This document shows, in pieces, positions 53,001 to 64,000 of a stretch of DNA of 64,000 bases. The notes beneath the pieces are model-generated. The model had not been told where the DNA came from, did no database searches, and was given only the letters and a program-made list of their open reading frames with translations. Position 1 is the stretch's first letter; each line of letters opens with the position of its first letter. A program made the translations under genes and the position numbers. The DNA comes from Nitrosopumilaceae archaeon (GTDB lineage: Archaea > Thermoproteota > Nitrososphaeria > Nitrososphaerales > Nitrosopumilaceae): positions 192,001 to 256,000 of the forward strand of contig CBDBMG010000001.1 in assembly GCA_965207375.1 (NCBI GenBank), given 5' to 3'.

Positions 53001-56000
53001 ATAGAAGCCATTCATATCATTTTCATAAGTGACTATGCTAATGTAACACATAAAAATTCCTCCAAACTGTTTTTATTCAACCAATAAAGTTATGATACCT
53101 TTAGGAGAGGGGAGACTTATCAGACAAAGAAATTAAAGACGATAGTATCGTTACAGTTGGAGTTGGAATTGCCATACAATATGCTCTATATAATTCCCAC
53201 TCAAGTCACATTAATCACCTAAACTAAAGTATGCATGCAAGTACCACACTTAGTGCTTTTTATACATGCATCTATCTACTTAACAGTAGTCAGACATCAT
53301 ACCACTGTTACTGTTCATTACATAATTTTTGAGACCTATTAAAATCAGGTGATACTTGTCTTTATCAGGTGGTCATAATATAAGGGTTATTGATAAGGTG
53401 TGTCATTGTACACATATCCGGCTTAATTTTTTCTCATTGAGTAGCTAGCTATAATTAATAGTCTGTTTTCTGGGCAATGATGTAGTTTATTTTTGCATTT
53501 CACTATCTCAGTAAAGTAACTCTTACTCTTTTAACAAGCAACCTAATTTTTCTAAGAAAGTAAGTCCTCAGACCCCGCCCTTAATTTAAACATCCTTTGA
53601 ATTTTGTTCCATATATGTAGAGCTTGTCTTTGCTCTTCGTACTTTAAGATCACGGAGTTACCAAATAAAATATGATTAAGGTGCTTAATTTATAAGCCTT
53701 CTATGACTGTTTTAAGTTACAGAAGATACTTCACATTTGTATTAAAAGAATAATATAAACTACCCAATAAGTTAACCACTTAGCTATAAGAGTTGACAGT
53801 TATAAGTGATGAAACTATAAGAACTAATTCGGAATGTTCAGGGAATGTAAATTAGGTCCTTTTGAACATTTTTATAGCTTAACATGACTTTTGATAATAT
53901 TTGCAGTGCATTATCACTTTGCTTGTATAGAAGTCATTATTAGACCATCATCTTTTCCAAATCATTCTGAATTGAGAGAATGGAAACACTATAATATTAC
54001 TTAAACAATATTCATTTCTATTGATACCAGTATAGCAAAATTTGTATAGATTACTTGATAGTTGGTATTTTTGATGAATAGTGTGCCTGTATACATGCCA
54101 ACTAACTGCATGTATCGGAATGTATCAAAAACCCCTTAAGGTGATGAGGTAATACAACTAACACGCAACCCATGTATTTCTGTAAGACAGTTGGTATTTT
54201 TGATGAATAGTGTGCCTATATACATGCCAACTAACTGCATGTATCAGAATGCATCAACAACCCCTTAAAGTGACAAGGTAATACGACCCATGTATTTCTG
54301 TAAAACACGCAATCATTACGTAACAGTTGGATTAATAACTACCCACTCCAGGTTTTGTTTAGCAAAAGTTTATAAATTCCTATTATGACTGCTGTCACTA
54401 TGGCTACTGTCGCTATGACTTCTGTGACTATCACTAGTTACTATGACTACTATGACTATGACTACTGTGACTATGACTACTGTGATTATGACTACTGTGA
54501 CTATGACTACTATGACTATGACTACTGTGACTATGACTACTGTGACTATGACTACTATGACTATGACTACTGTGACTATGACTACTATGACTATGACTAC
54601 TGTGACTATGACTACTGTGACTATGACTACTGTGACTATGACTACTGTGACTATGACTACTGTGACTATGACTACTATGACTATGACTACTATGACTATG
54701 ACTACTATGACTATGACTACTGTAACTATTGTGACTATTGTGACTGTGACTGCTGTCACTATGAGTATTGTGAATTTGTGTTGTTTGCAGAGCCACCACA
54801 AATTCTACCTATTCCTTTCCCAACTCCTCCACCTGGTGAAATAACAGTCAGTACTGGTCAACCTATGAATACTACTATTATTACACTTGGCACAGATGTT
54901 ACTATTTACTGTCCATCCAGTGGTATTGATACTCCTAGTATTGAATGGTTCAGAAATGGTGTAATGGTTGTGGCTGGTGGTCGGTTTACAATCTCTACAA
55001 CAACATTACCTGGAGCAGTCATTACTAGTGTTTTAAGAATTGATGATTTTCAAGGATCAGATGCTGGTACTTATACCTGTACTGCTACCAATGTAGTGGG
55101 TTCAGATGATGGAGGTACTACATTGCTAGGAGGTTAGTTGTTACAGGCTACATATTTCATTTCATTGTTATGTCAAATTTGTTGTAACACCTTCACACAA
55201 TTACATCAAAGGATGCAGGTGTGGATATCAGCACACTTGGCTGTGGTATCACCTGGACATCAAAGTGTATAAGTGTGGCATAATCTGATGTCACCTATTT
55301 GAAGTGTTCAAAAACTTTAACTTGGTCTTTATATAGTCACACCAATGCAATATCGATTGTAGTTTTTAGTTTTTAAGCTGATTATTAATTGCCATTTCAA
55401 TACAGTTTTGTTTTTAATCTAAAAATGTTTCTAAAGGCTATCTGTTATCTATTTCAAGTTTATAAGCTGAAGTATAACTAAGCGCCATTCGAGCTGAGTT
55501 GCTCACGTGACAAAAATAATCTATTTACTGTGTGACTGTATGTAGCTATATTAATCTACTTTAGTTACAATACTCACCATTATATTAAGCCCATTATAAA
55601 TCTTGCAGCTTTATAAAAAGTTGTGGTAAACCCACAATCACTGCCACTACCATGCAAGAACGTCATGACAATGATAAAATAGAGACCCACAATGAGTACT
55701 CATTACTATATAAAGAGGCTGAGAGTTTAGCATCAAGGCCATCCAATTGGTAGTGATGTGTGATATTGAGTTTTTATAGACTATACGATATCAATATAAT
55801 AATTACTTTACAAGGTCAATATCAATACGATAATAATATCTGCTATATGTACCAAGTACCCACTGCCAAGTAAATGATTAGTTACTATAAGGGTTTGCTA
55901 CTGCAGGTTTTTATAAATGCTTGCTAATTTCAGTAGAGAAGTTTAATATTTTTTACAGCAAACTCATCAAAGGTATGATATTTGAACAACTTTACATGCA

Positions 56001-57163
56001 AAAATCTTTAAACGATAAATTGTTTATGTAAAGTAAAAATCGATAATGAAATCGATACGGTATCATCGATTATTGCAATGTGGATAAAAGAAACGATATA
56101 TTGCACATCATTACCAATTGGTGTCCTCTATAGGCACCATTCTTTTAATTGTGACATCACAGCGGCAAGATGCCCTCCAGAAAAGCAGACCAGTTCATAT
56201 TGGACAATAGAGACCGAGGGGTCCTTCATTCTTTGAAATGTCGTTGATCAACTCTGAAATTTATTTGAAATTTTTTATTAAAATAAATTTTGAAATTTGA
56301 AATCTTATTTTTGGTTATGTTTGGATATTGGAAGTCATTGTGTTCGGGAAATTTAAAATTCAGCCTAAATATTAGCAAATTTTAAATGTTGTTGACAAAT
56401 TTGAGGAGTGAAGGACCCCAGTAGAGACACTGTACATGGGGTTGAGTTTCTCAAAGTTGGGGGCTCTTCCCCTCCAGCTCCCTAGTCCCCATTCCACTGC
56501 CACCAATAATAAGAGTTGAAGAAAGTTTAAATACATAGTTTCTAAGATCAAGATTTATCCATCAAATTCCAAAAAGAGTTATAGCCATGCAGCCTGTCAT
56601 CAAAATTTTACCAATAATTTTAATGGCTCATGTAATCATCAAAACTTTAGCTAGTTACATGACTACCTATCAATTATTTGCACTACTATATTAAATAGAC
56701 ACAGTTACTAACTGCATAAGTATACAGCTAGCTATTATAAATTTATCAGTGAAGTATTTATAGTGTATATAATATATATAGCTATAACTACATAGGTAAT
56801 GTAAATGTTGTCAGTTAACAGAAATTTTAATTGATATAGCAACAGCTCCACCAGTTATTGTTGAGGGACAATGCATACCACAACCAGAAGTTATTCCTAA
56901 TAATGATGTAACAGTGATGATAGGATCTCCTGCATACATTGCTGATGGATATGATCTCACTATCACTTGTAATATTATTAATGGAATACCTCCAATAAAT
57001 ATTAGTTGGTATCGTAATGGAGTAGTTGATTCATCCAGAGGAAGCACATCAACTATCACAATATCAAATGTGGACATTAATAAAGATAATGGTGTAGTCT
57101 ATACCTGTAGAGCTGAAAATGATAACGGATATGATGAGCAGCTCACTAGTGTTAATGTGTTTA
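47094..57163 (+). CDS. Multi-Ig-domain (hemicentin/IgSF adhesion-like) gene, partial
   Basis: One Ig domain per exon with phase-1 donors: ~47094-47445, 47504-47812, 52048-52362, 54791-55132, 56840-57163. C..W.RNG/RDG..(D)xGxYxC motifs (TIYCPSSGIDTPSIEWFRNG..DAGTYTCTATN). Start and end not located; 5' edge of the first exon uncertain. Confidence 0.85.
47900..48625 (+). mobile_element. Family-B element: body followed by a truncated long palindrome
   Basis: Body (GGTTTCTTGTCAG..AGCAGTGATA) lies to the left of the AACAGCCTGGCTG arm; hairpin 48500-48622. Confidence 0.65.
49179..49790 (-). mobile_element. Family-B element: ~414-bp near-perfect palindrome (49179-49592) with the body on its right
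   Basis: ATGCTAAACAAAAACAGCCTGGCTG ... CAGCCAGGCTGTTTTTGTTTAGCAT, then ATCACTGCT..CTGACAAGAAACC (reverse complement of the body at ~48010-48063). Confidence 0.8.
49990..50835 (-). mobile_element. Helitron/Helentron-like non-autonomous element
   Basis: Minus strand starts A|TCAA-GACTCAC-GATA-GTGAGTC hairpin; internal CCGATTTCGATGAA and GAGTTAT motifs; CpG-rich. The other end is unclear. Confidence 0.55.
54058..54305. repeat. Tandem duplication, ~130-bp unit
   Basis: AGTTGGTATTTTTGATGAATAGTGTGCC... at 54060 and 54189. Confidence 0.85.
54385..54765. repeat. 15-bp minisatellite GACTATGACTACTRT just upstream of an Ig exon acceptor
   Basis: Directly visible; gives the YDYCD, MTTVT, VIVTV and SHSSH ORFs. 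Confidence 0.95.
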
Positions 57164-57227
57164 GTAAGTTAACAAATGTATATGGAGAGAGGAGTTGTAT
57201 TGTTGTATGTGAAAATTAATAATCATA

Positions 57228-57727
57228 CTAGAAGGTGAGAGGTGATAGTACTGTCGCTACTGAAATCACCACTCATGTCACAACGATACACAGTGAATAA
57301 TCAACAAAACTGAAGTTTGCCCAGAGCCACCGTGCCTTGTTATATACGGTACAGTCCAACTACAACTCCACATTATCATGCGTTATTACGTGTGTTCACA
57401 CATGGCTACATGGAAAGAGCTGTCGTGCCCCACACTATGTGGCTGCATGTCCCACGGCCACATCCAACATTGTCACGCATGTCCATGCGTGGAAATTAAC
57501 AGCTACACGGCTATAAGAGCTGTTGTGGCTGCGTGTCCTACTCAACTTCATGCAGAGGGCATTCATAGAAATTATATCACTGTACCTGTTAATATTGAAA
57601 TATAATTGGTACGCCTCATCACGGTTCTTTAGTTCCGGCAACATTGTAACGGCCACAACTATGTCATGGAGGACACTTCAGAATGCACCACTACCTTTTG
57701 TTTGCTACTATTAATATTACTACCAGA
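57228..57727 (-). mobile_element. Canonical non-autonomous Helitron
   Basis: Minus strand A|TCTGGTAGTAATATTAATAGTAG ... hairpin GGTGAT..AGTA-GCGACAG-TACT-ATCACC, 9 nt, CTAG|T. Confidence 0.8.
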
Positions 57728-58448
57728 TTAACTAAGTAAGTAAAGAGGCCTTCAAATCATCAGTTTTCTTGTACCTCAAAACTTTGAAATAATTGACATG
57801 TGAGCCAAACAGTTTTCGTTTCGTGGTTTTTGTGATGATCAGGTGAAGGCTAAGGTGTTAGAGATCAAATGTCTCCTTGAAACTTATTGCGTAAGTAAGT
57901 TATGTTTTATGTATTGAAGTAGTTAGGGGTGAATATATGGCGATGGAAAGATTTCCTCGTCTAGCACACCAAGTATTTTATTTCAAGTTTCAATTGATAA
58001 TAGTTTGCAAAAGCAGCCTGTAGGCAAATAATGTGTCTTAACATCAATAAGTTAGTTATATGAAGTTCTTAGTTTATAACCTTAATCTGTGTAATATGCA
58101 GAGGATATCTGATGATTTACATGCCGGGAATACTGGCCCATGTGTGAAACAGACCCATGTAGAAATAACACGTCCTTTGTGAGTTGTGTAAACAGTAGAT
58201 TCACGCATGATTATTTTTCTCTTTCATGCTGAAACACATACCTTATTTGCTATAGCTACGTATGTGCATGGTGGTTAAGATAGTATATACCACTTTGCGT
58301 GGGAGGATCAAGGGGAATTGCAGGGCAATATATCTTATATTGCCCTCTGCAGGGGGCAATATATATATTGCCCTCTCCAGAGGGCAATATTCAGATATTG
58401 CCCGGGAAGGTGGTTTCCAGCAATCCTTTGAACCACTCTTTGATACAA

Positions 58449-58890
58449 AGCTTTCATAGCTTTGATCCAAATGCTGTTTGGACTGCATTTGTGTAGTAAG
58501 TATTGATCAATCCTTTATATAGTGAGCCATATGGGATTTGATTGTGGGTTTCAATATAGTATCACAAAGGCGCTTTCATAGCTTTGATCCAAATGCTGTT
58601 TGGACTGCATTTGTGTAGTAAGTATGTATGTATTGATCAATCCTTTATATAGTGAGCCATATGGGATTTGATTGTGGGTTTCAATATAGCATCACAAAAA
58701 CGTTTTGATCATCAAATCACAGTGCTATGATGTATGGGGTGGGGCTTGGGGTGATGTTCGCCCACACATGATTGCATATTGAGCTGATGTTTGCCCATGG
58801 GTCACTAGTATGATTAATTATTTATATAGTGAGCCCTACAAGATTTAATTGTGGGTTTCAATATGACATCATAAAAACGTTTTGATCATT
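58449..58890. repeat. Tandem duplication with a 122-130-bp unit plus a partial third copy
   Basis: GCTTTCATAGCTTTGATCC... at 58450 and 58572; TATATAGTGAGCC..TTGTGGGTTTCAATAT occurs three times. Confidence 0.85.
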
Positions 58891-58992
58891 AAATTCAAAC
58901 CCACAATGCAATCCAATAAGTCCCCATATAAATACAGGGAGGCCATGAAGCTATGATTGTGCTGGTTTGCCCACACATTAATTGGTATATAA

Positions 58993-59096
58993 TAGTTATA
59001 CCATGTGCACTTGTGGTTTGTCTGATATATACACCCTCGGCCCTCGGGCTTTGGGTGTATATATCAGGCAAACCACTCGTGCCCATGGTATAACTA
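58993..59096. mobile_element. ~105-bp hairpin element (Crypton-like MITE)
   Basis: TAGTTATACCATG..GTGGTTTGTCTGATATATACACCC / GGGTGTATATATCAGGCAAACCAC..CATGGTATAACTA. Confidence 0.65.
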
Positions 59097-59479
59097 CTAA
59101 ATATTCTACATTTGTTTTCATGATCACTGTGCTATGACCAAAGGTACATAGATGCATGCAATGTTTTGTGAATACTATGGATGGCATAGCTAGTAGCTAG
59201 CTATAATGCAAACATCAGCATCAATATTGTATTCACATTAGCTGATGGTATAAAATATGCATGCACATACTACAATTGTAGCTTATAGATAGCTAGCTAG
59301 CTTGCTACGTAACATCCTGTCAACTAGTTATGTTTGTTATTGTTCTAGCTCCATTATGTTCTCATGAAATTTGTAGATCTAGAAGAAATATCTTGTGCAT
59401 AATGTAAGTTGCTCTATAGTCTACATACGTACGTAGGTAATAACAAAGGGCCCCAACTCCAAAAAATCTTGTATGATAT

Positions 59480-61714
59480 GTGACTGTCTCTGCAAAAACC
59501 AGCCATGTTCGCACTAAAATTTAAATTCATTTTTTTGCCCCAGCTTATAGCTATACTTAATAGCTAGCCTAACACCATATCTCCTATGGCCAGACTCAAG
59601 TGGTCTGCTTTTCTGAGGGGTGGATTTGGGGCCCTGTGAAACCGTGACTGACACATTGGCACCTGTGGAGCGCACCAATTGGGCGTTGTCAGCCTGGAAT
59701 TCTACCCTTGACCAGAATGATGTCCCTTCGGCCTGGTTGTATGGTCAGGACCATCTGTGGGCAGCTGGTCACCTCGTGTCTTCACCTGGGGAGGTTTTTC
59801 CTCCTCCCTCCCCACCCCCCCACCCCACCCTCCCCTCCCCTCCTCCCTCCCGCCCACCCCCTCATAACACTGGGCTAAAATTGATGCACACCTTCGAAAA
59901 AATCGTCTGAAAAGGCCTGAAATCAAGCAAGGAACAGCTTCAAAGGTAAACTGTATTTTATTCAATAGATTACTAAGTAAAGTTTTGCTAAACAAAAGCG
60001 GCCTAGTACGAGCAAAAGCTGGTAATTTCACTTTAAAAACTTTAAACGCCTGTTTCTCTAATTACTACCAGGTGCGAACATGGCGGGTTTTCGCAAGGAG
60101 GGTCACATGTGATTATATAAAAGTGTTGTGTATGCCTAGTGCGTCTCTATACTAGCTATTCCTCACCTTATGTGCAAAGGGAAGCTTCCACGTACAAGAG
60201 GTGGCCCTGTGAAGGCCAGAGCACTACTCCCAAGAATGACAACGTCAGGGTAGCTCACGTGATCCACATGTTATTTTATAAATGTGACTGTCTCTGCAAA
60301 AACCAGCCATGTTCGCACTAAAATTTAAATTCATTTTTTTGCCCCAGCTTATAGCTATACTTAATAGCTAGCCTAACACCATATCTCCTATGGCCAGACT
60401 CAAGTGGTCTGCTTTTCTGAGGGGTGGATTTGGGGCCCTGTGAAACCGTGACTGACACATTGGCACCTGTGGAGCGCACCAATTGGGCGTTGTCAGCCTG
60501 GAATTCTACCCTTGACCAGAATGATGTCCCTTCGGCCTGGTTGTATGGTCAGGACCATCTGTGGGCAGCTGGTCACCTCGTGTCTTCACCTGGGGAGGTT
60601 TTTCCTCCTCCCTCCCCACCCCCCCACCCCACCCTCCCCTCCCCTCCTCCCTCCCGCCCACCCCCTCATAACACTGGGCTAAAATTGATGCACACCTTCG
60701 AAAAAATCGTCTGAAAAGGCCTGAAATCAAGCAAGGAACAGCTTCAAAGGTAAACTGTATTTTATTCAATAGATTACTAAGTAAAGTTTTGCTAAACAAA
60801 AGCGGCCTAGTACGAGCAAAAGCTGGTAATTTCACTTTAAAAACTTTAAACGCCTGTTTCTCTAATTACTACCAGGTGCGAACATGGCGGGTTTTCGCAA
60901 GGAGGGTCACATGTGATTATATAAAAGTGTTGTGTATGCCTAGTGCGTCTCTATACTAGCTATTCCTCACCTTATGTGCAAAGGGAAGCTTCCACGTACA
61001 AGAGGTGGCCCTGTGAAGGCCAGAGCACTACTCCCAAGAATGACAACGTCAGGGTAGCTCACGTGATCCACATGTTATTTTATAAATGTGACTGTCTCTG
61101 CAAAAACCAGCCATGTTCGCACTAAAATTTAAATTCATTTTTTTGCCCCAGCTTATAGCTATACTTAATAGCTAGCCTAACACCATATCTCCTATGGCCA
61201 GACTCAAGTGGTCTGCTTTTCTGAGGGGTGGATTTGGGGCCCTGTGAAACCGTGACTGACACATTGGCACCTGTGGAGCGCACCAATTGGGCGTTGTCAG
61301 CCTGGAATTCTACCCTTGACCAGAATGATGTCCCTTCGGCCTGGTTGTATGGTCAGGACCATCTGTGGGCAGCTGGTCACCTCGTGTCTTCACCTGGGGA
61401 GGTTTTTCCTCCTCCCTCCCCACCCCCCCACCCCACCCTCCCCTCCCCTCCTCCCTCCCGCCCACCCCCTCATAACACTGGGCTAAAATTGATGCACACC
61501 TTCGAAAAAATCGTCTGAAAAGGCCTGAAATCAAGCAAGGAACAGCTTCAAAGGTAAACTGTATTTTATTCAATAGATTACTAAGTAAAGTTTTGCTAAA
61601 CAAAAGCGGCCTAGTACGAGCAAAAGCTGGTAATTTCACTTTAAAAACTTTAAACGCCTGTTTCTCTAATTACTACCAGGTGCGAACATGGCGGGTTTTC
61701 GCAAGGAGGGTCAC
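59480..61714. mobile_element. Composite array: three 627-bp TIR-bounded modules separated by two 177-bp spacers (804-bp period)
   Basis: Modules 59480-60106, 60284-60910, 61088-61714, identical by eye. TIR GTGACTGTCTCTGCAAAAACCAGCCATGTTCGCAC / GTGCGAACATGGCGGGTTTTCGCAAGGAGGGTCAC. ATAT on both outer flanks. Confidence 0.92.
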
Positions 61715-62699
61715 ATATTTCAAATCTTGATTTTGAGCAAGATTTCAAGATTTCTGTAAAGATGTCTACAAGATTTTAAATTGTATTTACTATTTTTCTA
61801 TGAATATATTTAATTTTGAATTACGACAGAAAGCAAGCTCATGGATCTGTGTATATCCAGAAACATTTGGTTTTAAGATTTCAGACTTCAAGATTTCTAA
61901 GAACCTATACGAGATTTCAATGGATTTGTTGTATGTATGTATATATGTATATATACCCCATAGCCCTAACTCTATGTGCTTGTGTAAACCTCAACTGGGA
62001 TATTGCTCTGCTGCATATTACTCTACTGAAACACGACCACTCCCAAAAGCATGTAAAAGATGCAGAATTCCTACTGACTTGGATTGCATAAAGATGTGGT
62101 CTCAATGTGTTAAGAAACAAGATGAAGATGTTCATGGCCGAGTAAGTGCTATAACTAACTGTATAATATGTTATTGTTCAATGTCACATTAGTGACCAGC
62201 TAATATACATTCAGGAATAGCCACAGCTATCTTAGTTTGCCAAATCAGAATGTAAAATAGATCAGAGATTCGGCTTGTATGTTAGCTAACTAAAGGTAGC
62301 TATAGTAGCTAGGCTTAAAGCTGATTATGTGTGAAAATATGAAATTAATCAAGTCATGTGGATAATAGTCAGCAATGCAAGATGTGGCTACAAGAATAAA
62401 ATTGCATATCATAGAAATTATTTTAATCTTTAACTATAGAAGGATTAATACACTATTATATAGCTAGCTATATACACATGTAGCTATAACTACGTATTCA
62501 GTTGAAATACCTGTAGTCACTGACATTGCAGTATAATGTGACTCACCTACCTAATACTCACAAAGATTTGTACCTATAAAATTAGCAGATAGCTAGCTAG
62601 CTCAATTAGGCATTGTTACCTTACAAGCTAAGTAGCTAGCTATAGCTACTAGCTAAATATAGCTACATGTTGAGGGATATTACTTGCAATAGAAAAGCC

Positions 62700-62990
62700 C
62701 ACAGTATTAATTCCCTCCTAGTTTGTTGATACTTAAAATTATGGTTTCTTGTCAGGTATAACTAAACATTGTAGCTATAGTTACTTATAAAAAGCATTGA
62801 TGTCCTAAACAAAAACCCTGGCTGATTGTAAAAAAAGTGTGAGGATATAGTTAAAGGTGGCTAAGTGACAATGCCAATCAATAAAAGCATTTTTTAATGA
62901 AGTTTTGGTCACTTATATAACCATATTACAATGCCACTTATGATTGCATGGTCTCACATTTCTTTTACAGCCAGGCTGTTTTTGTTAGGT
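62700..62990 (+). mobile_element. Degenerate family-B element (body plus collapsed palindrome)
   Basis: ATGGTTTCTTGTCAG..CTAAACAAAAACCCTGGCTG ... CAGCCAGGCTGTTTTTGTTAG. Confidence 0.6.
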
Positions 62991-63007
62991 TATATACGTA
63001 TATAGGT

Positions 63008-63193
63008 TATACATACATACATACATACATACATACATACATACATACATACATACATACATACATACATACATACATACATACATACATACATACATAC
63101 ATACATACATACATACATACATACATACATACATACATACATACATACATACATACATGCATGCATGCATACATACATACATACATACATACA
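63008..63193. repeat. (CATA)n microsatellite
   Basis: Directly visible. Confidence 0.97.
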
Positions 63194-64000
63194 TTATTAC
63201 TGTCTGTTGTCACTTGTAGCCTACACGACGTATGAGGACTGCTACTAACTTCAAAATCTACATGCATCCTTGCTGACAAGTGAAGTCACAACAAAAAACT
63301 GGATTGAATAAATATTGTGTGCAAATAGATTTACTTTTGTATATTTCCCAATTTAGTTGATTTAGCCGTTATATAACCTGATGTTGTAGTTTAATGTGTA
63401 GCTATAGCTAGCAACAATGATATAGCTACATATTCAATCATAAAAATGAGTTGTTTAACTCTAGAGATAACCTTGCACAATAGCATGATGATTATACTCA
63501 CATGACGTGAATGTATTTTTAGTGCATTAATCTGTCATAACTACTCTCTGTACAGCCACATGTGCATGCACGGTCTGGTAATAGAAATTTACTAGCAGAT
63601 GTACCTGCCCTATTATGTAAGGTGTCTATGCATAGATCATAACAGTCAACTACTCCACAATGGATTCCCTAGTCTACTGAGTCTACTTAGTTTCCCATGC
63701 TTGTTGTCCTATGGCTACATCGGTATAGTCTCTGCCTAATCTCCAACACCTATAGCAAAATCACCCCAATCTTAAAAAGGTGATAAACACCTAATTCCTC
63801 ATTATTGACCGATCAGTCTAACTCAAAGGTCCATTTAAAACAATGCATTGGTGATGTTTAGTAGGAAACTTGAGAGATCTAGAAACAAAACAATGAGTGA
63901 TATAGCTAATAGTGGTCATTCAGAGTTTGACCCAATCATCTATAGCTACTGTATGTAATACCATGTTGTTCAGGTCTGTAGAGGAGTGGTTTTGAAAGCC

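Noticed and set aside
59620-61639. Triplicated 96-, 109- and 60-aa ORFs as a gene cluster
   Set aside because: They lie in the 804-bp repeat, use non-ATG starts and show no recognisable domain.
59480-61714. CRISPR-like repeat-spacer array
   Set aside because: Repeats are 627 bp, the spacers are identical, there are no cas genes and the context is eukaryotic.

Overview
AT-rich, intron-rich eukaryotic (animal) nuclear DNA. SRCR and Ig exon arrays, short GT-AG introns and the cox1 fragment are consistent with a demosponge, but this is inference. Two host genes lie on the + strand. (1) A secreted multi-SRCR gene (1356-37477) has a signal-peptide exon, six SRCR domains normally split into two exons (phase 1-2-1), and a very basic C-terminal beta-sandwich resembling a bacterial Ig-like module. 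(2) A multi-Ig-domain gene has at least five Ig exons (47094-57163). The introns are packed with mobile DNA: a LINE RT relic, a Kolobok-like element with a spliced transposase-tail/DEDDh-exonuclease pseudogene, a Gypsy LTR plus gag, a DIRS/Ngaro ORF1 relic, hAT, pogo-like and Sola1-like MITEs, Helitrons, and a cox1 NUMT. The most unusual signals are: (a) two element families with a 330-410 bp palindrome at one end whose central loop occurs in both orientations ('flip/flop') relative to the element body; (b) a composite MITE-spacer-MITE-spacer-MITE unit with a TSD only at its outer ends; (c) the bacterial-like C-terminal domain of the SRCR protein. All calls were read by eye; no database search was run.
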